DNA of 46,337 nt from an uncultured Verrucomicrobiae bacterium (GTDB lineage: Bacteria; Verrucomicrobiota; Verrucomicrobiia; Limisphaerales; JAFGQR01): positions 1 to 46,337 of the forward strand of contig CAWBHS010000093.1 of NCBI GenBank assembly GCA_963788655.1, read 5' to 3'. The position numbers and the translations under genes are program-made. This document shows positions 31,095 to 41,315 of this stretch, piece by piece; within the stretch, counting starts at the first letter, position 1; every line of letters starts with the position of its first letter. A model generated the notes under the pieces. The model was not told the DNA's origin and searched no databases. It was given only the letters and a program-made list of their open reading frames with translations.

Positions 31095-31911
31095 ACCGGG
31101 TAGGCGTAGGCGGTCACCCGCCCACGCCCCCCTAAGAACCGGACTTGAAAGTTTCCCTTCATCACGGCTCAAGCCTCTCCAAGGCCACCCCGGATGCGGG
31201 GGACCCGCGTAACCAGGAGGCCGGTGACACCCAAAGGCGTCATGGACCTTCCCAATCCCACTTGGCAATACCGGTCGGCGGCCATATCGCGCTCGGCTCC
31301 TTTGGGCCGCAGCACCGAGAGGCACCAAGCGACGGGCGTCGCTCGTCCTATGCTTCTCTCGCTTGAAGGGGTTCCGCTGATTTTCTTGCCAGGAGACACC
31401 AGATCGACGTGGGCCTATCCGGTCCATTACCGACCGGCCTTGGCTTGTTCGATCCTCTTCATGCTGCCTCCCCTGGGCCTGCCTTGCGGTCGGCTTGCCT
31501 GGATACTCTCCAGGCGGGAACTGGCAGCTTTTCCATGTTCCGCATTCTCCACAGGATGGGTTAGGTCCACTCTGTACACCGGCGGTGCGCCATTCGCGTC
31601 GGGCTACGTTAGACAGCCCGAACTTGACCGCTGGCCTTCTTTTGGCCGGAGCCTTAAAACAGCCTCGTCTGGCTCGTTCCTCTGACGATGCTTGCGAGTG
31701 TTCACGTGGGTTGACCCTACCATCCAATTCTAGCGCCGCACCCGGATTGAGGCTCCCAGGCTGGCTACATTGTCGGGAAGGCTTCACACCCTGGACAGTA
31801 GCCTTGCGGCCGCCCGCCCAACGCATGCTTCCCTGGAATACCTGCCGCGAAAGGCAGGACTGAGTCAGGTTGCCCATGCTCAGCAGTGATGAATGCGACT
31901 TCATGTCACAA
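31095..31911 (-). ncRNA. ORF-less group II intron (IIB-like), 817 nt
   Basis: 5' TTGTGACATGAAGTCGC; domain V GAGCCGTGATGAAGGGAAACTTTCAAGTCCGGTTC; domain VI GGGGGCGTGGGCGG...CCGCCTACGCCTACCCGGT; no RT ORF. Confidence 0.85.
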
Positions 31912-32035
31912 CTAACGATAGAAGTGAGCCACAGGTGCTGGCAGTAAACTCCCGACGAAGAAGAGGATCGTCAGATTACCCGTGACGCCCTGACTGCTGT
32001 GACGGGCACCTGTTGCCTCCACTGGCTGGTTGAAC
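31912..32035 (-). other. attC site with its R' box split by the intron
   Basis: GTTCAAC-CAGCC-AGTGGAG-GCAACAGGTGC...GCACCTGTGG-CTCACT-TCTATC-GTTAG|GC. Confidence 0.8.
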
Positions 32036-32291
32036 GAAGCCGCTGCGCGGCGGGAGAGGGAGGAGGCGGGCTCGCCTGCGGCTCGGAGGGTTAGGCTGCC
32101 GGTGGTTGGGGCTTTCATTGGGACTCCGGTTGGGTTTACGCTGGGGCGTCCGGACGGCATTTTCGGGTCGCTCCGGACGTTGCCAATGTTAACTCAAATA
32201 GCATGTACCATGATTAAAAAAAGACTTCCCCGTACGCAATCCTAAAGCGCTTCGTCATTGGAATCCGGGATGGGTCAGCCTGGAATGGCGC

Positions 32292-32630
32292 TTAGTTAAG
32301 GCCTAAAACTTTCTTGGACAGACGTTTACGGCGACGGGTATCGGGGAGGGTTCCGAAGATGAATTGACGGCTCAGCTGCTGCATCCGGTCCAGAATGCGC
32401 TCGACCTCTCGCCAGTTCTGGATGGCCTCCGCCAAGGCCTCGTACTGCTCTCGTGACAAAGCCACCGACACGGTCTTGCCACGCTCCTTGCGCGTCCATT
32501 GATAGTGCGGGCCGCCGGCCCCGGGCCCGCGGTCTTGGACGTAGCCTTGGCTGATCCAGCCCGGCCGGGCCAGTTGGGTCTGCAAACGGGCGTATTCCGC
32601 CTCCAGCGCAATGCGATTGACTTTCATGAA
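32292..32630 (-). CDS. IS-associated small protein (DUF6788-like); start codon uncertain
   Basis: GPHYQWTRKERGKTVSVALS motif; lies inside the IS, divergent from the transposase. Confidence 0.65.
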   Translation of the reverse strand, partial: FMKVNRIALEAEYARLQTQLARPGWISQGYVQDRGPGAGGPHYQWTRKERGKTVSVALSREQYEALAEAIQNWREVERILDRMQQLSRQFIFGTLPDTRRRKRLSKKVLGLN

Positions 32631-32677
32631 TAGAGAGGATAGCACGTTCGTCAATAGGGCGGTATATATACCGCCCT

Positions 32678-34091
32678 ATGCATACGCCCTTCTTCCCCCA
32701 GTTCCGCCCCCGCCTGGCCCCCTGCCGCCGGCGCCTCACCCAAACTGTCCGCCACGCCTCCTTGGCCCAGCTCGAACACTACTTGGAAGGGATCTTCCCA
32801 CCGCACCTCCTGGCCCAAGAGGACGAAGGCCTCAACAGCCGGGACCGGATCTTTAGCCTGCGGCTCACTTTCCAGTGTTTCCTGTGGCAACTCCTCAAAC
32901 CCAAGACCGCCTGCCGCGAGGTCGTGCGCCAAGTGCAGGCCCTCTTCCGCCTCAAGGGCCGGGGTCCGGTCGACGAGGATACCGGCGCCTATTGCCAAGC
33001 CCGCCAGCGCCTGCCCAAAACGCGCCTGGAACAGATCGTGGCCGCCACGGCCGCCACGGCCGATCAAAGTCGTCGACGCCTCCTCCGCTCAGATGCCCGA
33101 TACCCCACTGAACCAGCAACGGTATCCCCAGCCCGCCGGGCAGAAGCCAGGCTGCGGCTTTCCCGTGATCAAGTTCCTGCTGCTCTTCTCGTTAAACAGT
33201 GGCTCAGTGCTCAACGCCGTCATGGGTAACCTCAGCCAGCACGATCTGCGGTTGGTGCGCCAACTGCAGGGCCAACTCCGGAAGGGGGACATCCTCTTGG
33301 GTGACCGGGCCTACGGTGAGTACGGCACCTTGGCGTCCTGGCCGCTGGCCGGCGTCGATGTGGTGGCGCGCCTGCACCAAGCCCGCAAAGTCGATTTCCG
33401 CAAAGCCCGCCGTTTGGCCAAAAACGACGCCCTCTTTGTCTGGCGCAAAGGTCCGTCGCAAACGGATATTTTCTCCCGCAAGCAATGGGATCAGTTGCCC
33501 GACCAGATCACCGGGCGGATCGTGCGCTTCACCGCCGTCATTCGCGGCCATCGCGGCCGCCGCATCACGTTGGTCACCTCGCTGCTGGACCCCAAACGCT
33601 ATCCGGCCGAGCAACTCATCGGCCTCTATGCTCGCCGCTGGCGACTGGAACTGTGCCTGCGCGACCTCAAGACGACGATGGGCATGGAACTGTTGCGCGG
33701 TCAGTCGCCCGACCTGGTCGAGAAGGAACTGTTGATGTACCTCATCGGGCACAATGTCATCCGCTGCCTCATGGCCCAGGCTGTCGCTCGCCACCAAGTC
33801 GACTTGGAGCGCGTCAGCTTCCGGGGGACCGTCGATGCCGCGCGTCAGTTCACGGCCGCGATCCTGCAAGCCCGCAGCCGCAAAATGCGCGATCAACTCT
33901 GGGAGGATCTCCTGTTGAGTTTGGCGCGAGACTTGGTCCCTTACCGCCTCAACCGATCCGAGCCGCGCACACGCAAACGTCGGCCCAAGCCCTTCCCGTT
34001 ACTAACCAAACCACGGCGGCAGTTTAAAGAAGTCTCACACCCCAACTACTACTGGAAAGCCAAGCCCCGCAATTACCGCGCCCTTAACTAA
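32678..34091 (+). pseudogene. IS4-family DDE transposase, frameshifted/short deletion near 33060
   Basis: N-part RDRIFS...AYCQARQRLP; second frame IKVVDASSAQMPDT...GDRAY...LYARRWRLELCLRDLK. Confidence 0.85.
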
Positions 34092-34997
34092 GCGCCATTC
34101 GGGTCCGACCCAATTATCCACTGCCGGACCGCCCGTCGGGGCGTCCTGGGCGTCCCATTCCGGTTCGTGGGTTTCGGCGCTCCAACCACAGAGGGTGCCA
34201 TAGGAGGGTAACGCGGCACCCCAGTGGATGAGGGCACTCACCAACAGGGTGGACCAAAGGCCCCGTCGGGAAGAGGTTGGCGGTTGCCTGGCCTCGAGGG
34301 TTTTCAGACGGTTCCGCTTGCCTCTTGTTTTGAAGTGCCGCCCACCGGCCATACCCACCATCCCAAGGCCAAAGAAAACCAACGCCACATTTACTGGCTC
34401 GGGCACCGCGGTGATGTTCACTGAGAAGCCGTTCAGGGTGGACACGCTTCCCCCGGAAACGTCGGCAAGGAAAAACGTCCAGTCACCGTTGGGATCGGTC
34501 CCGTTGAACACGCTCAATCCCGCGTCGCGTGAAGCATTGTCGAAGACGATCACGGAAGCCAAGGGAGAGATGTCACGCCCATCAGCGTTGTAGGTGGCCG
34601 TGACGGTTGCACCGCTGTGGCCGCCGTAGAGGTGGATGTCGGTGAGAATCGAACTATCCGTGAGGGTGATTGCCAATCCGGCATCGCCATAGCCGAACTC
34701 GTTGCCGGAGCTCCGGCCCACGCGGTTGAGCAGCACCGCCAAACCGGAACCATGCGAGAGGTAACCGTACAAATCCCCGTTCCATCCACCGGAAATATTC
34801 AGGCTAACGCTGACGTCGGCAATTTGCGTGGCGGGATCACTCAGGTTGAAGTTGAAGGCGACACCGGCGCCGTCGTTGTCCGGGATCGCCTGGCTGCCGC
34901 TCCAGTTATAGACCAGTGCGGCGCGGCTGGCGGGATTGGCGAAGAGCAGCAGATTGAGGGTCGCGACCGTGGTGAGCAGAGTTGATTTCGCGTTCAT
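34035..34997 (-). CDS. PEP-CTERM protein with proprotein-convertase P-like domain; ORF runs on into the IS end
   Basis: Signal peptide; IPDND, GDLYGYLSH, NGDWTFFLAD; VPEP + TM + basic cluster. Confidence 0.8.
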   Translation of the reverse strand: MNAKSTLLTTVATLNLLLFANPASRAALVYNWSGSQAIPDNDGAGVAFNFNLSDPATQIADVSVSLNISGGWNGDLYGYLSHGSGLAVLLNRVGRSSGNEFGYGDAGLAITLTDSSILTDIHLYGGHSGATVTATYNADGRDISPLASVIVFDNASRDAGLSVFNGTDPNGDWTFFLADVSGGSVSTLNGFSVNITAVPEPVNVALVFFGLGMVGMAGGRHFKTRGKRNRLKTLEARQPPTSSRRGLWSTLLVSALIHWGAALPSYGTLCGWSAETHEPEWDAQDAPTGGPAVDNWVGPEWRLVKGAVIAGLGFPVVVGV

Positions 34998-35233
34998 GGT
35001 TGAGGTTGGTTAGCTGGTGGGGGGGTAAACAGTTCATCCAAATGTTTCGACATATTCATTTAATCCCCTGTGGTTGCCGACGGGAGTCGGCGCTGACTTG
35101 AAGCAGACGAAATGCACGTTCCGGCACATGACGAAAGCCTGCCACTTGCTGCCTGGGACATTCCGGTGGAATCCAGACATTGTCAGTCGAGATACAGCGC
35201 GGACGGACGTCCACGGCTACAATTATTGAATGA

Positions 35234-36103
35234 CTAAGGCCCGCTGACATAACGAATGCGGTAGAAAGCGCTGGCTGGCGCACCGGTTCGCACGACAGTC
35301 GCGACGCCCGTTGTGGAGGCCGTAGCATCTCCTATGTCCGTCCAGTTCGCCGGGTTTAGGCTGGTGGCTTCCTCGATATCGTAAAGCGCGCCGGGAATGC
35401 CGGCGAAAACGAGGGTTACGTCGCCGGCGGCGGGAGAGTTGGGCGTGACGGAAATGATACTCAGTCCGTTGCCCTCGGGCGGAGTGACCGTCACGCTGAC
35501 GGCGCCGGCTACGCCGAAGCCGAGCAAATCAGTGACGACATAGACGAAGCTGTCCGGGCCATCGTAATCGGCATCAGGCGTGTAAGTGATGACTCCGTCA
35601 ATGATGGCGGTGATGCCGTGGGCGGCGTTGCCGACAGTGACCGTGAATGGGTCGCCGTCCGGATCGCTGGCATATTTCGTCACGACAAAACTGTTGGGAA
35701 CGTTTTCCCACGTCTGCAGCGCTATGTCCGGAGCGATGACCGGTGCCATGCCCGACCACAAACCGTGCATGAATCCATGGTGGAGCTCGTAGTCGGTGCC
35801 AGTCGAGGTGGCGATGGTGACGGGTTCGGCGGAGGCCACGGACGAATAGGTCGCGCTGGCGGCTGCCTGCCCGCCGCCGTCCTGCGTCTCGGCGGCCATC
35901 GCGTAGTTCTCGCTGGTGCGGGTGGCGGCGTGGCCAAAGTTGGCGGCAAATGCCAGCACCGCGAAGAGGCAGCCCCACGCTTTCCAGTGAGGCGGGAGGA
36001 TGTGAATCGGGCTGCGGCATTCGGGTTTCGTTCGGCTTTCGGGTTTCGGACCTTGGATTTCAGGATGAATGCTCCTAATGAAAATTGAATCACGGTCGTT
36101 CAT
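35234..36103 (-). CDS. Secreted protein with Ig/cadherin-like domain and C-terminal 'FYRI' domain
   Basis: DGGGQ..SATY, SDPDGDP, YTPDADYDGPDSFVYVVTD, YDIEEATSL..W...FYRIR. Confidence 0.75.
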   Translation of the reverse strand: MNDRDSIFIRSIHPEIQGPKPESRTKPECRSPIHILPPHWKAWGCLFAVLAFAANFGHAATRTSENYAMAAETQDGGGQAAASATYSSVASAEPVTIATSTGTDYELHHGFMHGLWSGMAPVIAPDIALQTWENVPNSFVVTKYASDPDGDPFTVTVGNAAHGITAIIDGVITYTPDADYDGPDSFVYVVTDLLGFGVAGAVSVTVTPPEGNGLSIISVTPNSPAAGDVTLVFAGIPGALYDIEEATSLNPANWTDIGDATASTTGVATVVRTGAPASAFYRIRYVSGP

Positions 36104-38799
36104 CGCATTCCTCCAATCAGCCGGTGGTTCAGGAGGGTTTCGATCTTCTCCAACCGTGCTTTCAACTCTGCGTTCTCCGCTTCCAATTTCTGAATTCTGA
36201 CCTCTGCCTTCTGACTTGTGCCTTGGACCTTGTCATTAAGCCCCTGGATCGCCGCCAGCGCCACGCCGTCGGCGTCCACCATGGAGATATGTTTGTCGTC
36301 CATGCCCACCTGGAACGCGCCGTAGAAATCCTGCGCCATCGGGCCGACATGGCGCACGCCGGGGTTGTCCGCGATGTATTGCCAGGTGCTGATGGGCAGG
36401 GCGGCCACTTTGTCCAGCACCGCCCGCGGATCCACAGGCGCAAAGTCCTCCTTCACGTTCCGGTCGCTCGAACCCGTCACGGTGCCGCTGGCGAGAATGT
36501 TGCCGATGACCTGCAGCTTTTCCGAGGGGCTGGTGGTGCCGATGCCGACGTTGCCGTCGCCTCGCAGGGTCAGGGTGGTTGTCCCATTGACCACGAATTG
36601 CATATTTTGAGCCGAGGGCGGATCAACCCCCAAGGCGGAGACCAGCGTGTTGCGAATGGCGGAAGTGCGATTTCCGTTGCTGCCCGTGTCGTCCAGGAAA
36701 ACAATTTCCGGATCGTTGGCAGTGAGTTGGGTGTTGCCCGCTACGTCCAGCGCTTCGGACGGTGTGGTTTGGCCGATGCCAACGTGGCCGCTGCCATCCA
36801 CAAAGACCCCTTCGCTGTTGCCGTCGCCGGAAAGCCAGTGGCCGTTGAGGTTGATATTCTGCGTGGCGGTGTGGTTGCCCAGGTTGTCGCCGGGAACGCC
36901 CGTCAGGCCGGAGCCGTCGCCGGTGAACGTGCCGTCCAAGTTCACGCCGGTTTCGTTGTTCGTCACCACGGCGGAGGGCAGTTGCGCCAGTGGAACCGTG
37001 CCAGTCAAACTGGCTGCCGGCACCGAAGTAAGCGATGCGGCGGGCACGGACCCGGTTAAATTGCCCGCGTTCAACCCGGTCAACCCGCTGCCGTCGCCGG
37101 CGAAGACACCGGTGTAAGAAGTTGGGATGTTGAACAACACCGTCAGCGTGCTGGAACCATAGTTGGCACTGACCAAATCCGGGTGGCCATCCCCGTTCAA
37201 ATCCACCGCCGTGACCGAAGCCGGCCCGTAGCCGACGCCCGGTGAAAAAGCCAGGACAAAGCTGCCGTTCCCGTCGTTCGTCAGCACCGTCAGCGTGTCG
37301 ACACTCTCGCTCGTGCTGATCAAATCCGGGTGGCCGTCTCCATTGACATCCGCGGCCGTGACTGAATTGGGCCCGCCGCCCACGGTCGGGGTGGTGGCCG
37401 TCACGAAGCCGCCGCTGCCGTTGTTGGTCAACACCGTCAGCGTGCCGGCAGCATAGTTCGCGCTGATCAAATCCGGGTGGCCATCCCCGTTGATATCCGC
37501 CGACGTGACCGAGTAGGGAACGCTGCCGACGCCGGGCGAGGAGGCCAGGACAAACCCGCCGCTCCCGTCGTTGGTCAACACGGTCAGCGTATTGGGACCG
37601 CCATTCGCGCTGATCAAATCCGGATGGCCATCCCCGTTCACATCCGCTGAAGTCAGTGAAAGCGGCAGATTGCCCACGACCGGCGAGGCGGCCGTCACAA
37701 AACCGCCGCTGCCGTCGTTGGTCAGCACGGTCAGGGTGTGATCGGCGCGGTTCGCACTGATCAAGTCCGGGTGGCCATCGCCGTTCACATCCGCGGACGT
37801 GACCGCGTAGGGTTGGCTGCCGACGCCGGGCGAGGAGGCCACGACAAACCCGCCGCTCCCATCATTGGTTAACACCGTCAGCGTGTTGGCATTAAAGTTG
37901 GCACTGGCCAAATCCGGGTGGCCATCCCCGTTCACATCCGCTGACGTGACGGATAGAGGCCCATTCCCAACGGATGGCGAGGAGGCCAGAGCGAAGCCAC
38001 CGTTCCCGTCGTTGGTCAATACCGTCAGGGTCTTGGCGTTCTCGTTCGCACTGATCAAGTCCGGGTGGCCATCCCCGTTCACATCCGCTGACGTGACGGA
38101 TAGAGGCCCGTTGCCAACATGCGGCGAGGAGGCCAGGACGAAATTTTCGTAGTCGGTCGTGAACGAGATCGCGCCGTGGCTATTGACTTCAAGCAGATCC
38201 ACGCCACTCAGACCCGCGCCGTCGCCGGTAAACGTGCCTGAAATGTTCACGCCGCTCGCGCCATTGGTCACCAACACGGCGGTCGGCAATTGGGCCAGCC
38301 CTACCGTGCCCGTGATGTTCGCCGCCGCCACGCTGTCCGCGCTGTCCGCGGAGGTGGCGATGGCCGCGTTCAGGGCGTAGCCCACCGCGACCAACCGCTG
38401 GTCGGGTGAGAGGAGTTGAGAGCCGTTCGTGCCGTCGTCGAACCACACGCGCAACCGCACGTCGGCGTGGTCCGCAAAGACACTTGCCGGGATGGCGGCG
38501 GTCATGTTCGCGATGGTCGTGTCGCCCAGCGCCACCGAGTAGCGGCCGTTGTTCACGCTCAACGAAACGGCGGCGGTGGGTTCATCGCCCGTGGTGCTGG
38601 TGCCGTCGTTGGACCAGTAGGCGGTGGTGCCCGCCGCATCCACCAGGGCGAATTTGAACAGGCCCGTGCCGTTGAAGGGCAGGCCATCCGCGGTGATGAC
38701 GCCCTGGTAGTTGAGAATTCCCGGAGGCTGGACGGCCAGGCTGGAGGCGGTCAGCAGGGAGGTGCTCAGGAGGACCAGTATAGTATCGGTCGTTTTCAT
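36100..38799 (-). CDS. Secreted fibre/adhesin-like protein: 7 FG-GAP repeats plus C-terminal peptidase S74 chaperone domain
   Basis: Signal peptide, LNYQG, 7x DxNGDGHPDL, GNVGIGTTSP, SDRNVKED...W.Y...HVGPMAQDF, coiled-coil tail. Confidence 0.9.
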   Translation of the reverse strand: MKTTDTILVLLSTSLLTASSLAVQPPGILNYQGVITADGLPFNGTGLFKFALVDAAGTTAYWSNDGTSTTGDEPTAAVSLSVNNGRYSVALGDTTIANMTAAIPASVFADHADVRLRVWFDDGTNGSQLLSPDQRLVAVGYALNAAIATSADSADSVAAANITGTVGLAQLPTAVLVTNGASGVNISGTFTGDGAGLSGVDLLEVNSHGAISFTTDYENFVLASSPHVGNGPLSVTSADVNGDGHPDLISANENAKTLTVLTNDGNGGFALASSPSVGNGPLSVTSADVNGDGHPDLASANFNANTLTVLTNDGSGGFVVASSPGVGSQPYAVTSADVNGDGHPDLISANRADHTLTVLTNDGSGGFVTAASPVVGNLPLSLTSADVNGDGHPDLISANGGPNTLTVLTNDGSGGFVLASSPGVGSVPYSVTSADINGDGHPDLISANYAAGTLTVLTNNGSGGFVTATTPTVGGGPNSVTAADVNGDGHPDLISTSESVDTLTVLTNDGNGSFVLAFSPGVGYGPASVTAVDLNGDGHPDLVSANYGSSTLTVLFNIPTSYTGVFAGDGSGLTGLNAGNLTGSVPAASLTSVPAASLTGTVPLAQLPSAVVTNNETGVNLDGTFTGDGSGLTGVPGDNLGNHTATQNINLNGHWLSGDGNSEGVFVDGSGHVGIGQTTPSEALDVAGNTQLTANDPEIVFLDDTGSNGNRTSAIRNTLVSALGVDPPSAQNMQFVVNGTTTLTLRGDGNVGIGTTSPSEKLQVIGNILASGTVTGSSDRNVKEDFAPVDPRAVLDKVAALPISTWQYIADNPGVRHVGPMAQDFYGAFQVGMDDKHISMVDADGVALAAIQGLNDKVQGTSQKAEVRIQKLEAENAELKARLEKIETLLNHRLIGGMR
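37130..38140 (-). repeat. Seven 147 bp (49 aa) tandem FG-GAP coding repeats
   Basis: Repeated SVTSADVNGDGHPDLISAN....TLTVLTNDGSGGF. Confidence 0.9.
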
Positions 38800-39170
38800 T
38801 TCGGTTCAGTGGTTTTCCAGTTCAGGTCAGAGATCAGGCGCTCCAGTTCGGACAGGTTTTCTTTCAGGACGAAAGCGCTGGCACCGGCGAGCGCGGCGGC
38901 GTCGCGCAATTGGCGGCTTTCGTATTGGCTCACGATGATGACACGGCTGCCAGCATCGATTTCACGAATCCGGCGGGTGGCGGTCAGGCCATCCAGCGGG
39001 CGCATTTCCAGATCCATGATCACGCAGTCCGGGCGCAGAGTTTGGTAGAGCTCCACGGCTTCCGCCCCATCCTGCGCTTCGGTGAATACGGCGTTCCCAT
39101 TCGCGAGCATGCCGCGAATCATCTGCCGCGCGCGCGGGTCGTCATCCACGATGAGGTATTGTTTCGTCAC
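38796..39170 (-). CDS. Single-domain response regulator (receiver)
   Basis: LIVDDD, PDCVIMDLEMRPLDG, GASAFVLK. Confidence 0.9.
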   Translation of the reverse strand: MTKQYLIVDDDPRARQMIRGMLANGNAVFTEAQDGAEAVELYQTLRPDCVIMDLEMRPLDGLTATRRIREIDAGSRVIIVSQYESRQLRDAAALAGASAFVLKENLSELERLISDLNWKTTEPK

Positions 39171-39356
39171 AGTTCGTTAGTTGCGGGTTCACTGTGCGCG
39201 TGAAGATCCAATCTGCCTATCGCGGGAAGCATCCAATTTGGGGTGGTTGAGCCCACGTATTCTGCCGTGCGTGGGATGTGGGAGTTGGGCTACGTGGGAA
39301 CACGGAGAGAGACGCAATGGATGAGGTAGGGCGAAAGCCTTACCAGATCTATTGCC

Positions 39357-39430
39357 GTAGCAGCGGACGTGAGTCCGCGCTAACTTCTCCGAAAAGGCCG
39401 ATATTTGAGCCGACTCACGTCGGCTGCTAC
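39357..39430. repeat. REP-like GTAG palindrome pair
   Basis: GTAGCAGCGGACGTGAGTC ... GACTCACGTCGGCTGCTAC. Confidence 0.7.
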
Positions 39431-39462
39431 GGAAGAAGAGTGGGCGCTGGGACAAGTTCTAG

Positions 39463-41315
39463 CTAGTATTTGTGGGAAAACGCCTTTGGCTCAATGGTAC
39501 TGGGCCTTTGGTAAGATCGAACGCCGTCGAATGTCGCGGAGCGCAATCGATGCCCCACCTCGAAATTCACGAAAATCTCCGGGTCCACCCCAAAGATTCG
39601 CTGGTCCTGAGGTCCTTCATCCGGTAACCTGCCGGTCCATGCGAAAACGATTCGAGGTCCAACTGGCCTTGGGCCAGACCCCCATCGAGAAAGTCCTCCT
39701 GCCCCTCAAAAGCCGCGATGAACTGCCGCCCATCCTCGCCGGGCTCCAATGGATGTTCCAGACCCCTGCGGTCAACGAGCAGGTCTTCGCGCTGCTGGAA
39801 ACAGAAACTCCTGGCCGGCAAGAAAGCCACCGGCCGCCCGGGCCTGGACCTGTGGCAGATTCTGGTGCTGGGCGTGGTGCGCTTGGGGTTGGATTGCGAT
39901 TACGACCGCCTCGAACACTCTGGCCAACTACGACAGTCTGCTGCGGCAGATTCTGGGCGTGCCGCCGGTGCGCTTGCCGGAGGAGAAACCCTTCCACTAC
40001 AAAACCCTGGCGGACAATGTCGGCCACGTGGACGACGAATTGTTGGCGCAGATCAATGCGGTGGTGGTGCAAGCGGGGCGCGGGGCGTTTAAAAAAAAAG
40101 AAGGCGGTCCCGCTGAGCCGATTCGGGCCAAGACCGACAGCTACGTGCTGGAAACCAACGTGCATTATCCAACCGATCTGAACCTGCTGTGGGATGCCCA
40201 ACGCAAGTGCCTCGATGTTGCTGGTGCCGCTGGTCGAGCGCTACCACGTGCCGGGCTGGCGCAAAGCCCCGGATTGGCGGCGCAAACTCAAAGGGAAAAT
40301 GATCGGCCTGCAGCGGTTGCTGGCCGGCGGCGGCGCCCACAAGGAGCAGCGGGCGCGGGCGGCGGCGCAGGCGTATGTGAGCGAAAGCTACCGGTTCGAG
40401 GCCAAAGTGTTGGCGAGCCGGCAAGCGCTGCCGCCGCCACAGGACCTGCTGGAAATGGCGCAACGCGCGCAATTGGATTACTTCCACACGATGCTGATCA
40501 AACAACTGGACCTGGTGGAGCGGCGGCTGCTGGCGGGCGAAAAGATCCCGCATGAAGAGAAGGTCTTCTCGCTGTTCGAGCCGCACACCCAATGGATCCA
40601 GAAGGGCAAACTCTTTCCGCCGGTGGAACTGGGGCACAAGCTGCTGCTGACGACCGACGAGCACGAATTGATTTTGGACTACCGGGTGATGGAACAGTTG
40701 AACGACGCCGACGAAGCGATTGGCGTCGCCGACCGGTTATTGCACCGCTATGGCGAGGGCAGCATTGCCAGTCTGAGTTTTGACAAGGGCTTTACGCGGG
40801 AGGCCGACCGGCAACTCCTGGAACTCTACATTCCGCAGGTGATCATGCCCAAGCGGGGTAAGCGCAATGCGGTGGAGTTGGAGCGGGAGAGCGGGCGGAG
40901 CTTTCGGGCGCTGCGCCACCAACATCATGCGGTCGAATCGGACATCCACTGTCTGGAGCACCACGGGTTGAATCGATGCCCGGACAAGGGTTACCACGGC
41001 TATAAACGCTACGTGGGGTTTGGGGTACTGGCCTACAACTTACACAAGATCGGGCGGCGGTTGTTGGATCGCCGACGATCAGCATCAGTAAATGGAGCCA
41101 TAAGCTCTTTTGCGGTCTGAAAAAGTGGGGTTTCGTAACAAGCAAGGCTGCCCAAACGGGTGAAGTGTCTCTTAAAAACTGCTTGGGGGTGGTCGGAAGG
41201 CCCAAAGGCGAGCTTGGCTGGCTGAAGTGAACCGTTGGAAGTCATTGCCCGGGCGGTGGATTGCCCCGCCGGCGGGTCGGCTGGGGAAAATGGTGAGTTT
41301 TCTCTCAGGCACTAG
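39463..41315 (+). mobile_element. ISNCY/IS5-like insertion sequence
   Basis: Imperfect IRs CTAGTATTTGTGGGAAAAC / GTTTTCTCTCAGGCACTAG; right end abuts the stop codon of the NarL-type regulator. Confidence 0.75.
39639..41120 (+). pseudogene. DDE transposase with three frameshifts (~39800, ~39915, ~40215)
   Basis: GRPGLDLWQILVLG, DSYVLETNVHYPTDLNLLWDA, EKVFSLFEPHT, SFDKGF, HHAVESDIHCLEHHGL. Confidence 0.85.

Larger units (their letters stand above)
32283..34100 (+). mobile_element. IS4-family insertion sequence with a divergent accessory ORF
   Basis: Perfect 18 bp terminal IRs GAATGGCGCTTAGTTAAG (32283-32300, 34083-34100); both ORFs end inside the IRs. Confidence 0.9.

Noticed and set aside
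30537..31904. 455 aa ORF as a single protein or intron RT
   Set aside because: No RT motifs (no YADD); it is chance read-through of intron RNA into the 181 aa cassette gene.
37130..38140. CRISPR array or DGR-like repeats
   Set aside because: In-frame 147 bp coding repeats; no unique spacers, cas genes or reverse transcriptase in the window.
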